The notes under the pieces are model-generated. The model saw nothing but the letters and a program-made list of their open reading frames with translations, did not search any database and had not been told where the DNA came from. Made by a program: the position numbers and the translations under genes. Shown here piece by piece: positions 42,272 to 56,090 of a stretch of DNA of 64,000 nucleotides. The stretch comes from Chrysomallon squamiferum (lineage: Eukaryota; Animalia; Mollusca), in assembly GCA_012295275.1 (NCBI GenBank), contig CM022672.1, positions 14,012,001 to 14,076,000 of the forward strand, given 5' to 3'. Within the stretch, counting starts at the first letter, position 1; every line of letters starts with the position of its first letter.

Positions 42272-44539
42272 TTTGCGGAAAACTATCTCAGTGCAACTTT
42301 TTTTAAATCGTAATTTCTGCTTGTTTCCCTTTGATTATTTCCCTATCTCACTGCTTTAAACTTTTGGTCTTCTCTTCTTAAAAATCTATTATTTCTTTGC
42401 TGTTAAAATTTTCAGAACTCTTTTTCTACTATTGCGCTTGTTTATGCGAGTAAGTGTAAGAAAAGTGACCTCCTATAGCAAACCCGTAAACAAATCTATT
42501 GTAAAAATGAATGTTTTGTATACGAGGGTGAATATTCGTTCTTAACCTTGAGCTTTGTACACTGATGTTTTGCATCCAGTGTTGGACAATCACTCCTCAA
42601 CACGACCTCTGATTTACAGGTCGTAAAAAGTTATTTTTGTCAATCGTTTGTTTTTATGTTATACACGGGATAAACAAAGAGTTTGTTGAAGGAGTTCAGT
42701 ATTATATATATCCAGTGCATTTACTAATGTAAATTTTTCAATAATCTGTAATAGTGTTTACTGATTTGGAAACTGAAAATAAAAGAAGGAATGTAAATTT
42801 GTCCTTACAGTGATTCGGCAAAATTACTATTCACATTAAAATAAAGAAAGAAACAAATTAATAAAATAACTAACTTAATCAAATTAAATTAAATAATATA
42901 AATTAAACAATTCACGGAAAAAATTAATATTTTTGTTAAGATAATCAATAAAGAAACAAAGAAAAGGTTAAATAAAATAAAATAAACAATAGCATCATCA
43001 GCAGCAATAACAACAACAACAACAATAACAATAATAATAATAAAATTGCGTTTCGTTCTATATTCAAATTTCATTATATCATTATGGAAAAGGCCAAAAC
43101 TTTTTGCACAAAAGTCCTAATTTTCAAAATAAGAATGAAAATTCATATTGTTTTCTACATGGTTCTAACATCAACATATATCACATAATCTCAAAGGTGC
43201 AAACTACACCAAAATAGGAATATTAAACCTCCAAAATCAGCGACACTAAACTGGCTTCATAATGTAGCATCATTTCAATGAATATAGAAGATTAAATAAT
43301 ATTCTGAACGTACGATGCCAAAATCTGGAATAAAAGTAAAGTGCTCAGTCAGTGTAACAAAAATATATAAAAGTTTATGTGAGAAGAAAATCCAAGGCAC
43401 TTAATCACGTTCTTTCTTATCTACCACAACAAAAAGTGGATTATGTAACATCCCTTATTTTCATGTAAATCAAGAAAAATCGTTACTACTGTCTCAGTTA
43501 TTCGGCCTCTGAATAAAGATGGATTCAGTGATTACAACTAGTTGATGATTTTTTTTACCCACAATTGTTCAATACCTCCTCTTTGTTCATTTCCTGAGCT
43601 TGTTTCATGAAAGATCAAACGTACTGGATGTTTCGACTGAGGATGGTCTCTGTGTCACCTTCATTCTGATAAATGATGAATTGCAAACATCTGTAGAAAT
43701 TCATCTGCTTGGAAATGAGCCCTCTGTTTATAGAAGAAGTTGTAATAAGTGTTAAATTCTGTTGCTCAGTACAGTGTAAGATAATGAATTATGTCCTGAA
43801 AAGGTCAAGTAAGTTCATAATGAGACTGTTATGCACGGAGCTGGTACCATCTGGAAATAGCTATCTAAAGAGAACAGACTTTTCTATATGATGGAAAAGT
43901 TACCATCATGATCAGAGAAAAAGATCCTTGGAGGGAGCAAATTTCTTCGATTACAGTTAACTATAGATTTCACACATTAACCCAAATATGACAGAAGATG
44001 GAATTAGTCTGGTCCTTTCCCATCTATTAATTTCAATGAATCAATACCATATCATGTGGACATGTTTTTCTTCGCTTCAACTTAACATTACTAAATGAAC
44101 GTTATCTTTTGAATAATTTCAGGTAGTTGCAAGATAATGGCTCCATAGGTAATTCTTGGTGTATGAGTTGAAAAGTCTGTGAAAGAATAGTTGAGTCATC
44201 AAATGCATTTCATGATTTTGATCATGCATTAAAATACTTTTATCATAACAGCAGTTAACCAAATACTTCTTTCTACGGAGAGGGAACACCATTTCTTGTC
44301 AGCGGACAAAATCTTAAGTCCGTCACATTCAATTATAGAATACCTTTTCCTATGCTTTAATTTCAAATTAAATTATAATTTTAGTATTCTGTAGCCATTT
44401 GACTTTGATTGCAAGGGCAAATATTTATACGTACAATTTAAATTTTTCAATTTTCAAATACATTTAGTTGATTTTTACTCATGTCGTTTTAATGTAACAT
44501 CCGTAATGCACAGTTTTCTGATTAACCATCAGCTGATAG

Positions 44540-45299
44540 TATGACGGTAAACCGAGTTTTTTTTTACCTTTCGTAGGAGGGCCCTTAACAATACCCTAAT
44601 AGGGCCTCGTTCAAGCTGTGGAAAGTTTTCTCAGTGATATTTATATGTACGTGTTTTCTGTGTTTCTTTAACTTAGAAAAATTGTCCTAACTTATTTACT
44701 AAGCCTCGGATCTCAATTTAGGTTATACCTACTTGTAGAATTCTCTTGTAACTATTTTTTTTTTACTTATTATAAAATTTTATATTGTTGAACTTTTAAG
44801 GTAGGTTTTGAAAATGTGGGTAACATATTTACTATTTACCTAAATAGCTTACTTTAATAGAGTTTAACATCTCGTAATTAAACTGTATGCATCTTTAAAG
44901 TAAGTAAATATTTTTCATTCATTTCTACAAATATTACTAGCAGTATGTATTCATTAAATATCTACTGTTAGTTGACAGTAATCTAATTACTGAAATCACT
45001 AAGCAATTAACGATCATTAGCGAGAGACAAAAGGAATTTTTGTCAGCTATGGTCTGCTGACTTCAGGGAAGTCCTCGACGTGTTTATTTAAGTGAATGTG
45101 AAAAGAGACGAGATAAGAAACCACAAAGAACAAAGACAAGACACGGGTGGGACTGAGGAGTTGGCGGCCATTATTAGGCAATTATGTTGGTAAATGTATT
45201 TTGCGTTATCTTTGAATAAGTCGGAAGCAGGGACAAATGGTTATCCTGTTTCTGTAGCACGTGAAAGCAAACACCTCTTATGCGCTGGGCCCCGTGACA
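44540..45299. mobile_element. Solo LTR (about 760 bp) with 4-bp TSD ATAG
   Basis: Ends TATGACGG...CCGTGACA, imperfect TG..CA inverted termini. ATAG flanks it at 44536-44539 and 45300-45303. The paralogous empty site CAGATTATAGACATCCC is at about 22236-22252. Confidence 0.7.
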
Positions 45300-45421
45300 A
45301 TAGATATCCCAGAGTTCTTTTCCCTGTGACAGTAGATATCCCAGAGTTCTTTTCCTCAATATATATCCCAGAGTTCTTTTCCCTGTGACAATAGATATCC
45401 CAGAGTTCTTTTCCGTGTGAC
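45294..45421. repeat. About 32-bp tandem repeat x4 at the LTR junction (GTGACAATAGATATCCCAGAGTTCTTTTCCCT)
   Basis: Direct tandem copies with no spacers. Confidence 0.85.
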
Positions 45422-46458
45422 ACGAAACAGACTTGGACATAGACAAATCTCTTACTCAGGTTCCTCGAGGTACGACTCTAAGAACTTGGCATTTGGAATG
45501 ATCTCCAAAACCTCTAAATGTAACGTCCATTACCGTGGCACTGTCATTTAAGTTTTTTGAGCAGCAGAAAAATATGTATAAGACTGAGTCCATGATATCG
45601 AATGGATATGACTTTTATTTATTTATTTTTTGTAAGCAGCTTTAAAGTATATTATTATCAGTAGTAGTAGTTGTAGTATCATTATTACTATTTATTATTA
45701 TTATTTTTTTTTAATATTCTTAATTTTATTTCATTTTATTAATTTCTTTTTGACTGTAATTATGATATTATTTACTTTAAACAAATGTAAAAATCTGGAT
45801 GTTCTACTAGCTTATTTAAATTTAATGCTAATTAATATTTCATTTAAACCATTTTAGTTAACGGGACCGATTTGTGAGTAAAGATGTTTATTTTATCCGT
45901 GCTGAAAATTTCATCTGGACCCTCAACGTTGTCGTTTGGAATTTCTGTGACGCAGCTGAAATCAGTGTTTCTCTTAACGATTGTACAGCCTTCATTTGAT
46001 GTTAAAGATGCATCTTTTTCATTCTTCAGATCACATGGTTTCTGAAATAGCGGAGATCTGGCACTTTGGAATCCATTTTAAGACTAATTCGGTTTTTAAA
46101 ATTTTCAGTTGTCATTGAAAGAATGAAGAGTACTTAAGTACAGATTGATGTTTTTCTCACTTCTTGTTTCATCTAGAAATATTTGTTTAATTATTCTTAA
46201 GTGTTTTTCAGTAGTAGCTGTCGTAATGGTAGAAACAATAACAACAGGATTAGTATCAATGATACCATAGCAGTAGTAGTAATAGCAGCAACAGTAGCAA
46301 TAGTAATATTAGAAGCTACTTGTTTTCTTTTTTCTTTTGTTTTATTTAACCAGATGGATGAGTATTCATTTATGTTAATTAGTTAATAACGTGTAATTTC
46401 GTGAGTTTGTTCCCACACTGAATTATTTAACATTAAACTCAAAAATAAAGAAACTGCA

Positions 46459-46497
<39 letters not shown>

Positions 46498-46611
46498 GGG
46501 TTTTGTTGTATTAATTGTTTTATATAAATCTCTCCAACTTTGGTTATAACAGAATAGAATGGATTTGCTGTATCATTTATCATTTTTGTCATTTCAGTTT
46601 TTAATAATATT

Positions 46612-46706
<95 letters not shown>

Positions 46707-47521
46707 ATTAATCAAAGAGGATAAGATTTATTTCGACACAACGAAAACATATTTAAATTACATTTATACATACATTCTTGACAGAAGTTTTCATAATTAC
46801 TGACAATATTCTAATGAATATTATGTTAATCTAATTAAGAATAATAAAACAAAATATTGAAAAGATTTTATTTAAACGTCAGTTTAATTGAATGCTTATA
46901 ACAGTAACTCTATGCACATGAATACAGAATGTCCTTGTATACTTGGTGCAGAAAATGGCGAATACAAAAAGATTACTGGTGTTCAGTTAAATATCTGTAA
47001 ATGAAGTGTTCGAATTTCTGAATCTCAAATCGCCTGCAAAAAAAAAAAAAAAAAATAAAAATAAAAACAAGTGGAAACTAATGTTTACGGTTAGAGTAAA
47101 GTTTTCTATTATTATTATTATTGTTATTATTAAGTAAATATTGATAGAAATCATGAACGTTTACACAAATAAAAACATACTTTTATAAATGCTTTCAGGT
47201 AGATACCCTCCAAACACACACAGACACGCACACACATCTTTTAATGTATAAACTATCAACTGAACACTAATGAAATAACTTTGAACAATACAACTCGTAC
47301 TGGGTTTTGAGACAACCCCTCGCGTGCAGCGATATGGAGATTTTATGATACGGGTCTTGTAGCGTGTGTGTGTACGACTAAATGACACTTTTCACTGTAC
47401 TGGCAAATGACAGATCTAAGGGAATGTAAGGCCGAAATTATTGTTAAATGAGTAGACTAGCCGGAAATGTTGTCATCCAAATGTCCTTTTGAGTCTGTTC
47501 TCCGCCAGAGGATATCTTTGG

Positions 47522-47569
<48 letters not shown>

Positions 47570-47793
47570 TAATACACAATAAATAATAATAATAATAATA
47601 ATAATATCAGTGATAGCAGTAGTAGTAGTAATAATAATAATATTAGTGTTACGAGTAATAACAACAACAGTAATGATAATAACTGTAGTAGTAAATAAAG
47701 TAATAGTAGTAATAGTAATAATACTGGTAGATTGTTTGATGGTTAATTTCATTTATTTATTTATTTATTTATTTACGTGTTTATTGTACTTAC

Positions 47794-48663
47794 TCACTGA
47801 AGTTGTTGTGGTAACTGAAAACACCTCTCAGAACCTTGTTGCTAGGAACTAGATAATCAAGGTAACCGTCAAAAGCGTTCTGGTATTCATCAGTGTACCT
47901 GCAATTCTTCATTACTATACCTGAAATAACCAGATATAACAACAACACCACCACCAACAACAACAGTAATTATAATAATTATAAAAATATTATAATTTAC
48001 ATTATCAGTAAACTTCAGTATTATACCTGAAATAACCAGATATAACAACAACAACAACAACAACAACAACAGTAATTATAATAATTATAAAAATATTATA
48101 ATTTACATTATCAGTAAACTTCAGTATTATACCTGAAATAACCAGATATAAAAACAACAACAACAACAACAACAACAGTAATTATAATAATTATAATAAT
48201 AGTAATCATCGTTATAAAATGATGAAACCTAAAAAAATATTAGTAATAATAAAAATCTCGTCACCATCGTCCTCAGCAGCAACAGCATCACCGGCAACAT
48301 CATTAACATGGTTAAAGGTTTATCACATTAAAAGCTGTATTAGCAATAGTCATAGTCATGTAATAGTAGTAGCAGTAGCATTAGTAGTAGTAGTAGCAGC
48401 AGTAGTAGTGGTAGTAGTGATTGTAGTAATAGAAGTGTATAGTAATTGTAATAATAGTGACAGCAGTAGTAGCAGCAGTAGCAGTAGTAGTAATAGTAGT
48501 AGCAGTAGCAGCAGTACTGGTGGTAGTCCTAGTAGTAGTGGTAGTAGTGAGTAATAGAAGCATAGTAATTGTAATAATAATAGTCGTGATACTAATATAA
48601 CAATAGTAGTAATAATGTTAGATAAAAGCGTTGCCTGGTGGTAGTAGTATTAAGACTTAATTC

Positions 48664-48722
<59 letters not shown>

Positions 48723-49644
48723 CTATGACGATGACGATGATGATGATGAACTTGCGTACAAATAACTGATTTTTATATTTCAGATAAATTTCAATGGATA
48801 ACCTGGAACTTGAAATCTCTGTCTTTGTGAAAGTTGTCGTAGTAGCTTGAGATGCCATTAATGAAGCCGTTGAATTCACACTGATATTTCACTTGGCTAT
48901 CAGGTTGGTTCCGATATCCTAAGCAGGGAGAAATATAAAATAAATAAAATCTACGTTGTTTGAAAAATATTTCACCAAAAAATCTAATTCTTGTCCACTT
49001 AAAAAGTAACATTACAATAATTGTTTTATTTAAATTTTTAATTTTTTAATTTTAATTTAAGCAGATTTTGTAAATTGATGTTTTTAGAGATATGAAAATT
49101 GTACAAATTTTTTTTAAATTATTTTTATAATTTTTATTCTTAAAAAAGAATCCTTTTTTTTAGTTACTTTATTTTCAGAAAAAGAAAAGAAAATGATTAT
49201 TATTTTATAAAAACAATGGATTTTGAGAACAGGACGTAAAACGGATTTATCCTCATTTGACAAAGTGGACTTATCCTGCATCTGAAAACGAGGGATTATC
49301 CTGCACCTGTCATCAAGGATTTAATTATGCACCTAGAAAAAGAGGAGAAATCCTGCATCAATAAGTCACTACTTTATTTAACATTTAGGACAGACAGGAA
49401 TATATAAAGAAAAAACAAAAATTGCTAATCATTATCTCAAATAAAACGTCCTAGAAGTATTATTATGGATTCCTTAAAGTTTCTAAGATTAATTTCTAAT
49501 TACTTTAAAGAAATAAAAAAAAGAAAATTAAAAATGTTTTAAAAAAAAGTTTAATGAAATAGAATAAAATAAAGCTAAATAAAATTAAAACTGACATTAA
49601 ATTAAATTAAATTAAAATAGAATAAAACATCTCTTTACCTTCAT
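47794..49644 (-). pseudogene. Dermatopontin/HAAF-like pseudogene psiDPT4
   Basis: Exon 1 is at 49639-49644. Exon 2 is deleted (intron-intron junction at about 49359). Exon 3 (48803-48918) has a 16-nt deletion removing the CC motif and shifting frame. Exon 4 (47794-47920) is intact and open. Exon 5 is deleted between (CA)n and (AAT)n near 47567. Confidence 0.9.
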
Positions 49645-49898
49645 TTCACTGTCACCGTAACAGAAATATTATTATGGATTCCTTTAAGTTTCTAAGATTA
49701 ATTTCTAATTACTTTAAAGAAATAACAAACAAAAAAAATTAAATTTAAAAAAAAAAAAATGTTTAATGAAATAGAATAAAATAAAGCTAAATAAAATTAA
49801 AATTTAAATTAAATTAAATTAAAAAATTAAATTAAAATAGAATAAAAACATCTTTTACCATTTCACTTTCAAACAGGTCCAGAGCTGAGTGAGAGAGT

Positions 49899-50120
49899 GA
49901 GCTGCTGTGAAGCAAGTACTGCGACAGACAAAAGTTCTACCAGACTTTTAAACAGACCAGAGCGAGCTGCTGTGAAGCAAGTACTGCGACAGACAAAAGT
50001 TCTACCAGACTTTTAAAGAGACCAGAGCGAGCTGCTGTGAAGCAAGTACTGCGACAGACAAAAGTTCTACCAGACTTTTAAAGAGACCAGAGCCAGCTGT
50101 TGTGAAGCACATCTGCGACA
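49899..50120. repeat. 65-bp tandem repeat, about 3.4 units, upstream of psiDPT4
   Basis: The unit motif GCTGCTGTGAAGCA (last copy GCTGTTGTGAAGCA) recurs at 49901, 49966, 50031 and 50096. Confidence 0.9.
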
Positions 50121-50450
50121 AATTAATAAATGAGTGAAATGTATATAAATAATAAAAGTGTCTAAATAAATGAAATTCCTAATAAATACGTTGAAAAAAA
50201 AAAAAATGTACCAAAAAACAACTCTCTCTCTTTCTCTCTCTCTCTAATAAAAATAAATAAATAAACAAAGTCTCTCTCTCTCTCTCTCTCTCGATTTAAT
50301 AAGCAAGATTTCCCATTAAACGCAGGACAGCTCATTACAATCACCGAAATAAATCACATTAAACTGAATCATCTGTTGATTCTGCGGCTCGAGTAAGCCG
50401 AGGTTTGTGTTGCATTTTATTTATTTATTTATATATATATATCAACGTTA

Positions 50451-50491
<41 letters not shown>

Positions 50492-52743
50492 AATGTATAT
50501 ATATATATATATATATGTTTGTAAAGATATCTCTCTTTATAAACATGTGTGTGTATGTGTATGTGTTATAAATATATATATATATGTATGTATGTATGTA
50601 TTATGTATGTATGTATGTATGTATGCATGTGTATATTTATATATAAAAGAAAGAATGAATAAGAGAGGTAAGAGAAAGAGAGAGTCATTTGAAAACCTGT
50701 AGGTATGGCATTAACATCTTGGATAGCTAATTGTAGTAGTAGTGGTCGTCGTAGTAGCAATAGTAGAAGTAGCAGCAGCAGGAGCAGTATTAAAACCAAA
50801 TGAAATGAGAAACCTGCTTTATTTTATTATAAATATATACACGTTAATATTTCTTACGAACTTTCCTTCTTATATTTGAATTACAACGTAATTATTCGGC
50901 TCGATTCAAGAGAACATTTTTATTTTAAAAGTTTATTCGTAGCTTTGGGTTTCTCTCAAATAAGAATTTCTTTCGGCAGTACGTAGAAAAAATTAATGCA
51001 TACATGGAAAGAAGAAAAATATGACGTTAAATAATAAACTCTTAATGAAAGAAGGAAACATTTTTGACCATGGAACTGTCAATAGAAGGATTAATTATAA
51101 CCTCATTGAAGTAATAACTTAATAAGAGTTAAATTATAGCACTCTGTGTATAATCCTGCAATAAAATACATTCGTCCGCTTTATGGAAAGATCATTATTA
51201 ACGCCCATTGGGTAGGTAAATACATTAAATGTTTGGACGTTAAACTACTGAATGGAAAAAAGAAAAAAAGACCGCTTTTTCTATGGTGGCTTATTTATGC
51301 TAAAGATTAACCTAAGCCTGTTAAACAAAGACCTCTCGACTGAATATTAACTGAAATCTTCAGGTTCAGACACGGTACTCGCACAATAATCCACACCAGT
51401 GGCACTTCGTTACATTGTATAAATCTGTTGTTTAGGTAAGCGTGTTTTTTTTATTATAATTATCATTATTGTTATTATAATTTTTCTTGTTCTCGTTCAT
51501 CGTCTTGCTATTTGCTTATTTATTTATTGCCATAATCATAACGTATGATATATCTACTGCTTCTTTAACCAGGACGGATACTGGTTGTGACGTCACAACA
51601 CCCGGCAACAGTTGCAGTCGTAATTTGATCAATTGTAAAGCAGCGACCCAGTGTTTAAACGTTGGTAGCTAATCAGTAGGAAATATCGTTCGGGTGGCGG
51701 TTCGCAGCACGCTTATTTTTGTACTGGCTGGCTGGCTGGCGCCCAGGGTGGAACAAATTACACGATAAACTGATCGAAGTTGTCCTCTCTCGACTGACTG
51801 CTTTGTTGAAGTGCACAGACTGATTTCACGTGTTATATTTACCCGTTTTTTTGTGTTCTTTTTCTTCTTCTTCTTCCTACCTTAATTTCTACATAGGAAA
51901 GACCAGCTAATTGCTGTTTGTGAGTGGAGAATGCATGCTATCATTACATCTAAACAAAAGGCACTTGGAAACTATAGCGAACACAATACTCTAGATTATA
52001 GGATGAGATATTAGGCCAGACAACACCACGTGACTTACGTCTATTGTTGTGAAATAATTACCACTGTGAAGTTGTTAAACGTAAGATTTAACAGTTACAA
52101 ACAAGCAGAAGGCTAATTTAAACAGAGGAAAAAAAAACAAACAAAAAAAACCACCTCCTCAAAAGGACTGAACACACACGAGTAAATCGTGTTGCTGTTT
52201 ACGAGGATTAAAATAAATCGGAATTCGTTACAGTTGTTATGGAAGTGAAGAAATGTGCTTGGGTTGTGCATTTTTCTTATGACCAAGATGTGAAATTCCG
52301 AAACAAAGAATGCTTTTGATATTTGATTTCAGATCGCTCCTCTCTTACGATTTTTATTCAGAGACTGTGGATGTACAAGTTTAGAATATTAATATATCAT
52401 CTGGATGCTTTATTTGTTATCTAGAATCTGTTTTTCTGAGACTGTACGTAAAAAGATCAAATATTAATTTATCTTTTGGATTTTTATTATCTGAAACAAT
52501 AGGTACGTAAATAATAACAATAATAAATAATAATAATAATAATAATAAAAAACAGAAAACAACCAGCTGAACAATGATTGCTGAAACACAAGGGGAAGTA
52601 AAACTTCTGTCACCGGAAGTGGTTTTAATCTCGAAGACGTGAAACAGGAGGATATTTCGTTACCGGAAGAAAACGAAAACACCGGACTGGAAGAAACAGA
52701 TGAATCTTTAGACATCAGCATTTCCCGCGCTTTGCAGGACTGG

Positions 52744-53137
52744 ATGCCAAATTACACTATTGTTACCATAGTACCACGCGAGCACGTGCCTCGAGAGCCC
52801 GTGTTTACCGGGAGACTGGGCAAACCGCCGCGGATCCAGAGAGCCGCCAGCACGGAGTCCATAGCAACCCAGTTGTCTCTCTTGTCCTGTTCGACAGGCG
52901 GCAAAAAAGCACAGGTGATTTTCGAAAAATTATTTTTAATACTTTTTTTATATATATATATGAATTTCTGTATAATGTCAAACTGCTGTAACAATTGTGT
53001 CTGTTCATCCATTACACATGCAACAGATCTGTGTGTGTGTGAGCGCCATCAATACATAAACGTCACCTGCACTTCACACATTTATAGTTAAATATGTCTT
53101 ATATATCCATTCCCGTTGTTAGACTGAATGATTCCTG

Positions 53138-53174
<37 letters not shown>

Positions 53175-53355
53175 TTGTTGTAATATGTCGAAGTTAACTT
53201 AAAAAAAACAAAAAAACAAAAAATAAAAAAAAAAAAAATAAAAAATAAAAACAACAACAAAAAAAATTCTCCTTTTATTTTTCTTATTTATTTATTTATA
53301 ATTTAGTAATATACTTTGGCATTCGCAGCAAATCTTCCGAATGCTGTAACATGCC

Positions 53356-53403
<48 letters not shown>

Positions 53404-53779
53404 ACAAATATTGATGGTTATTATAATAATCAAGGACGGATCTTCTAGGTAACTAAAAAAGGTTACGCATGAGGAACCTTTAACCCGGCGGACTTTATCC
53501 GACATATTTTTAAATTTTGTTTACTACACTGAACAGTACAGGAAAGTTTAGGGGTGAGTAAACACTGTACTATATCTGCTGTCCTGATAATATCTTAGCA
53601 GTTAAATTACTAGTGAACTGGACGTCCACACTGAAGAACGGGGGTCACCCAAAATCACTGATAGCAGAGGGCCTCCTTAACAATTCAGATTTGCCACTGA
53701 GAATAAAACAAAAGGATTAACTATATGTCTAACTGAATTTTCGGATATTATTATTATTATTGTTATTATTATTATTATT

Positions 53780-53863
<84 letters not shown>

Positions 53864-54287
53864 ATTATTATTATTATTATTATTTTATTATTGGTAATAA
53901 TTACGTTACCGATAGTTACCAAAAAAAAAAAAAAAAAAAAAAAAAAAACACCTTGATAAAATAATATTACAGCTCAACCCTAATATTTATATATCTCTAA
54001 AACACATTTTTTACCTGGGCGGGGCGGGACGGGACGTAGATAAACTTGTATAAATGGTCCTAAAATGAAATGTACGTCGCGGTATTTGTTGATGTGTACT
54101 CATTAGGATCTGTCTACCTTTCTGGTACTCGTTAATTGCCCTTTTGCCTGGTTGACGGTGTGTGTGTGTGTGTGTGCAGTCAAAAGGTAACAACGAGCTA
54201 ATTCTGTACCATAGTGCAGTTGTTAGCACTAAGAGGTCGTTTCAGTGGTTACGTTGTTGGCATTATACTATTACAAATAACTGAACG

Positions 54288-54319
<32 letters not shown>

Positions 54320-56014
54320 ATATACTACAATACCTGAGTTTTAATACTACAATACCTGTACTGTAAATACGTCTATCCGTACGTCGTCTGTCTGTGTGTC
54401 TGCCTGTCTGTCTGTCTGTATCTATGTCAGTCTGTTAATTTGTTTATGTTAATACAACAAACTATTCAATTTAAAAATGGCTTAACATTTTTATTTAGGC
54501 TTCAGTAATACATTGTTTCCATAATTCATTTCCACATAAACTAATGACAGTATGACAATAACTGCGACTAAAACTATTATAAGGTATACAAGGCATTGAA
54601 TATTCAAAGAGAAATATGTACAAGACAGAACAACAAAACTGAGAATAAATAAATAAATAGATGTTGAAAAATGAAGAAGGAAAATAGTTTTTTCTACATA
54701 CCGGGTCTATAATAAAAATAAAAGGCTGATTTTTTTAAACTTTTCATATTTAGATCGTCATTTAGTTCTTCATGGATGGTTTAGAATTATATTAAAATAT
54801 CGTATCTGCAATAATAATCAAATAAATTATATACTGCATATCTACAGGTATTTGACTACATCGGGAAGAGAAAAGGCAAGAAGAAGAAATCGGCAAAAGA
54901 ACCAGAAGTGCAGCCAAGTAAATGGGTAGAGCTTGCAAACAGGCGGACTGGGATTTTTGACAAGATGTTCAAATCACAAGCAGCTCATCTTGAGGCTGCT
55001 ATGGGAGGAGGAACGATTCTTACTGGCAACCGTATCTACGACATGCTGGACGAGGACGAGAAAACAATGGTTTTCGACTGTGGCTTGAGAACTGGTTTGA
55101 ACTATGCTGCGGGACTAAAGAAAAGCGACAGTGTATCAAACATCAACAGGGACAGCAAAAACGATTTACGTAGGTTTTCGGTAGGAGCCAAAGTTACTGG
55201 GAAACCAATCAATTTTCAGGAACTTCAGCGAAAAGTGATCCATCAAAGACTCGCTATGTTAGCCAAACAAACTCCAAAAACATTGTCAAGGAAACATCCT
55301 GGCGGATCCAGAGCGATGGGAAGTTACTCTTCAGGTGTGGTGTTGTCGTCAAAACACACTAGTCGCCGTCCTTCGACGATGTCAGGGGGAAGCTGCGAGG
55401 TGACGCTGAGCACACCATCGCAGTCGTTGCCCATCAGTCCGTCCCCGACACCGAAAGAACCGCGCGTAAATATGTGGAAAGGCGACCAGCAGATTCTCGA
55501 GATGGACCTGCGGAGGGAGCTGACGTCGAAAGTGAAGACCAAAATCGCAACGACGACGGCGGCTCTGAACCGTGTCACCGGCGTCGGGGACCACAACGAA
55601 CAAAAAAACATTCGGCGAAAACTGGACGAATTTCCCGGCTTCACCGAAGACGACTTCAGTCACATACCGAAAATGCCTCAGAAGATCCGAATCTCTCCTC
55701 ACCTCAGCAGGGTCATTCAGCAGGACATCAAAGTGAGGATGGGCCGACCGCGCTACCACGAGATCAACGTGCACGACATCGAGCTGTGGGACAGAGGGCA
55801 GGAGCTGAACAGGTCTCACCGCAACCTCAAAGTGTTCAACTGGCTGCACAGTCTGAAAGAAGATATGTTTGACGAGGATATCGCTAGTTCTGACATCGAC
55901 GATGAGCCAAATGAAGACGATTTGAACATGGGCAACATTCACATAGAGGCGGCTGACGAGCCCAAAGTGAAACCTCTTTTTGAAAGAATGAAAAATGGCC
56001 TAGCCTTGGCTTAA
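52744..56014 (+). CDS. Uncharacterised protein, two coding exons, about 445 aa
   Basis: Exon 52744-52914 (ATG just after TTTGCAG; donor CAG|GTGATT) splices in phase 0 to TCTACAG|54848-56014, giving ...STGGKKAQ|VFDYIGKRKGKKKK.... It is a long, GC-richer ORF in an AT-rich background. The start codon is uncertain, since the frame is open from 52585. Confidence 0.8.
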
Positions 56015-56030
56015 TGATATAAGTCTGTGA

Positions 56031-56090
<60 letters not shown>

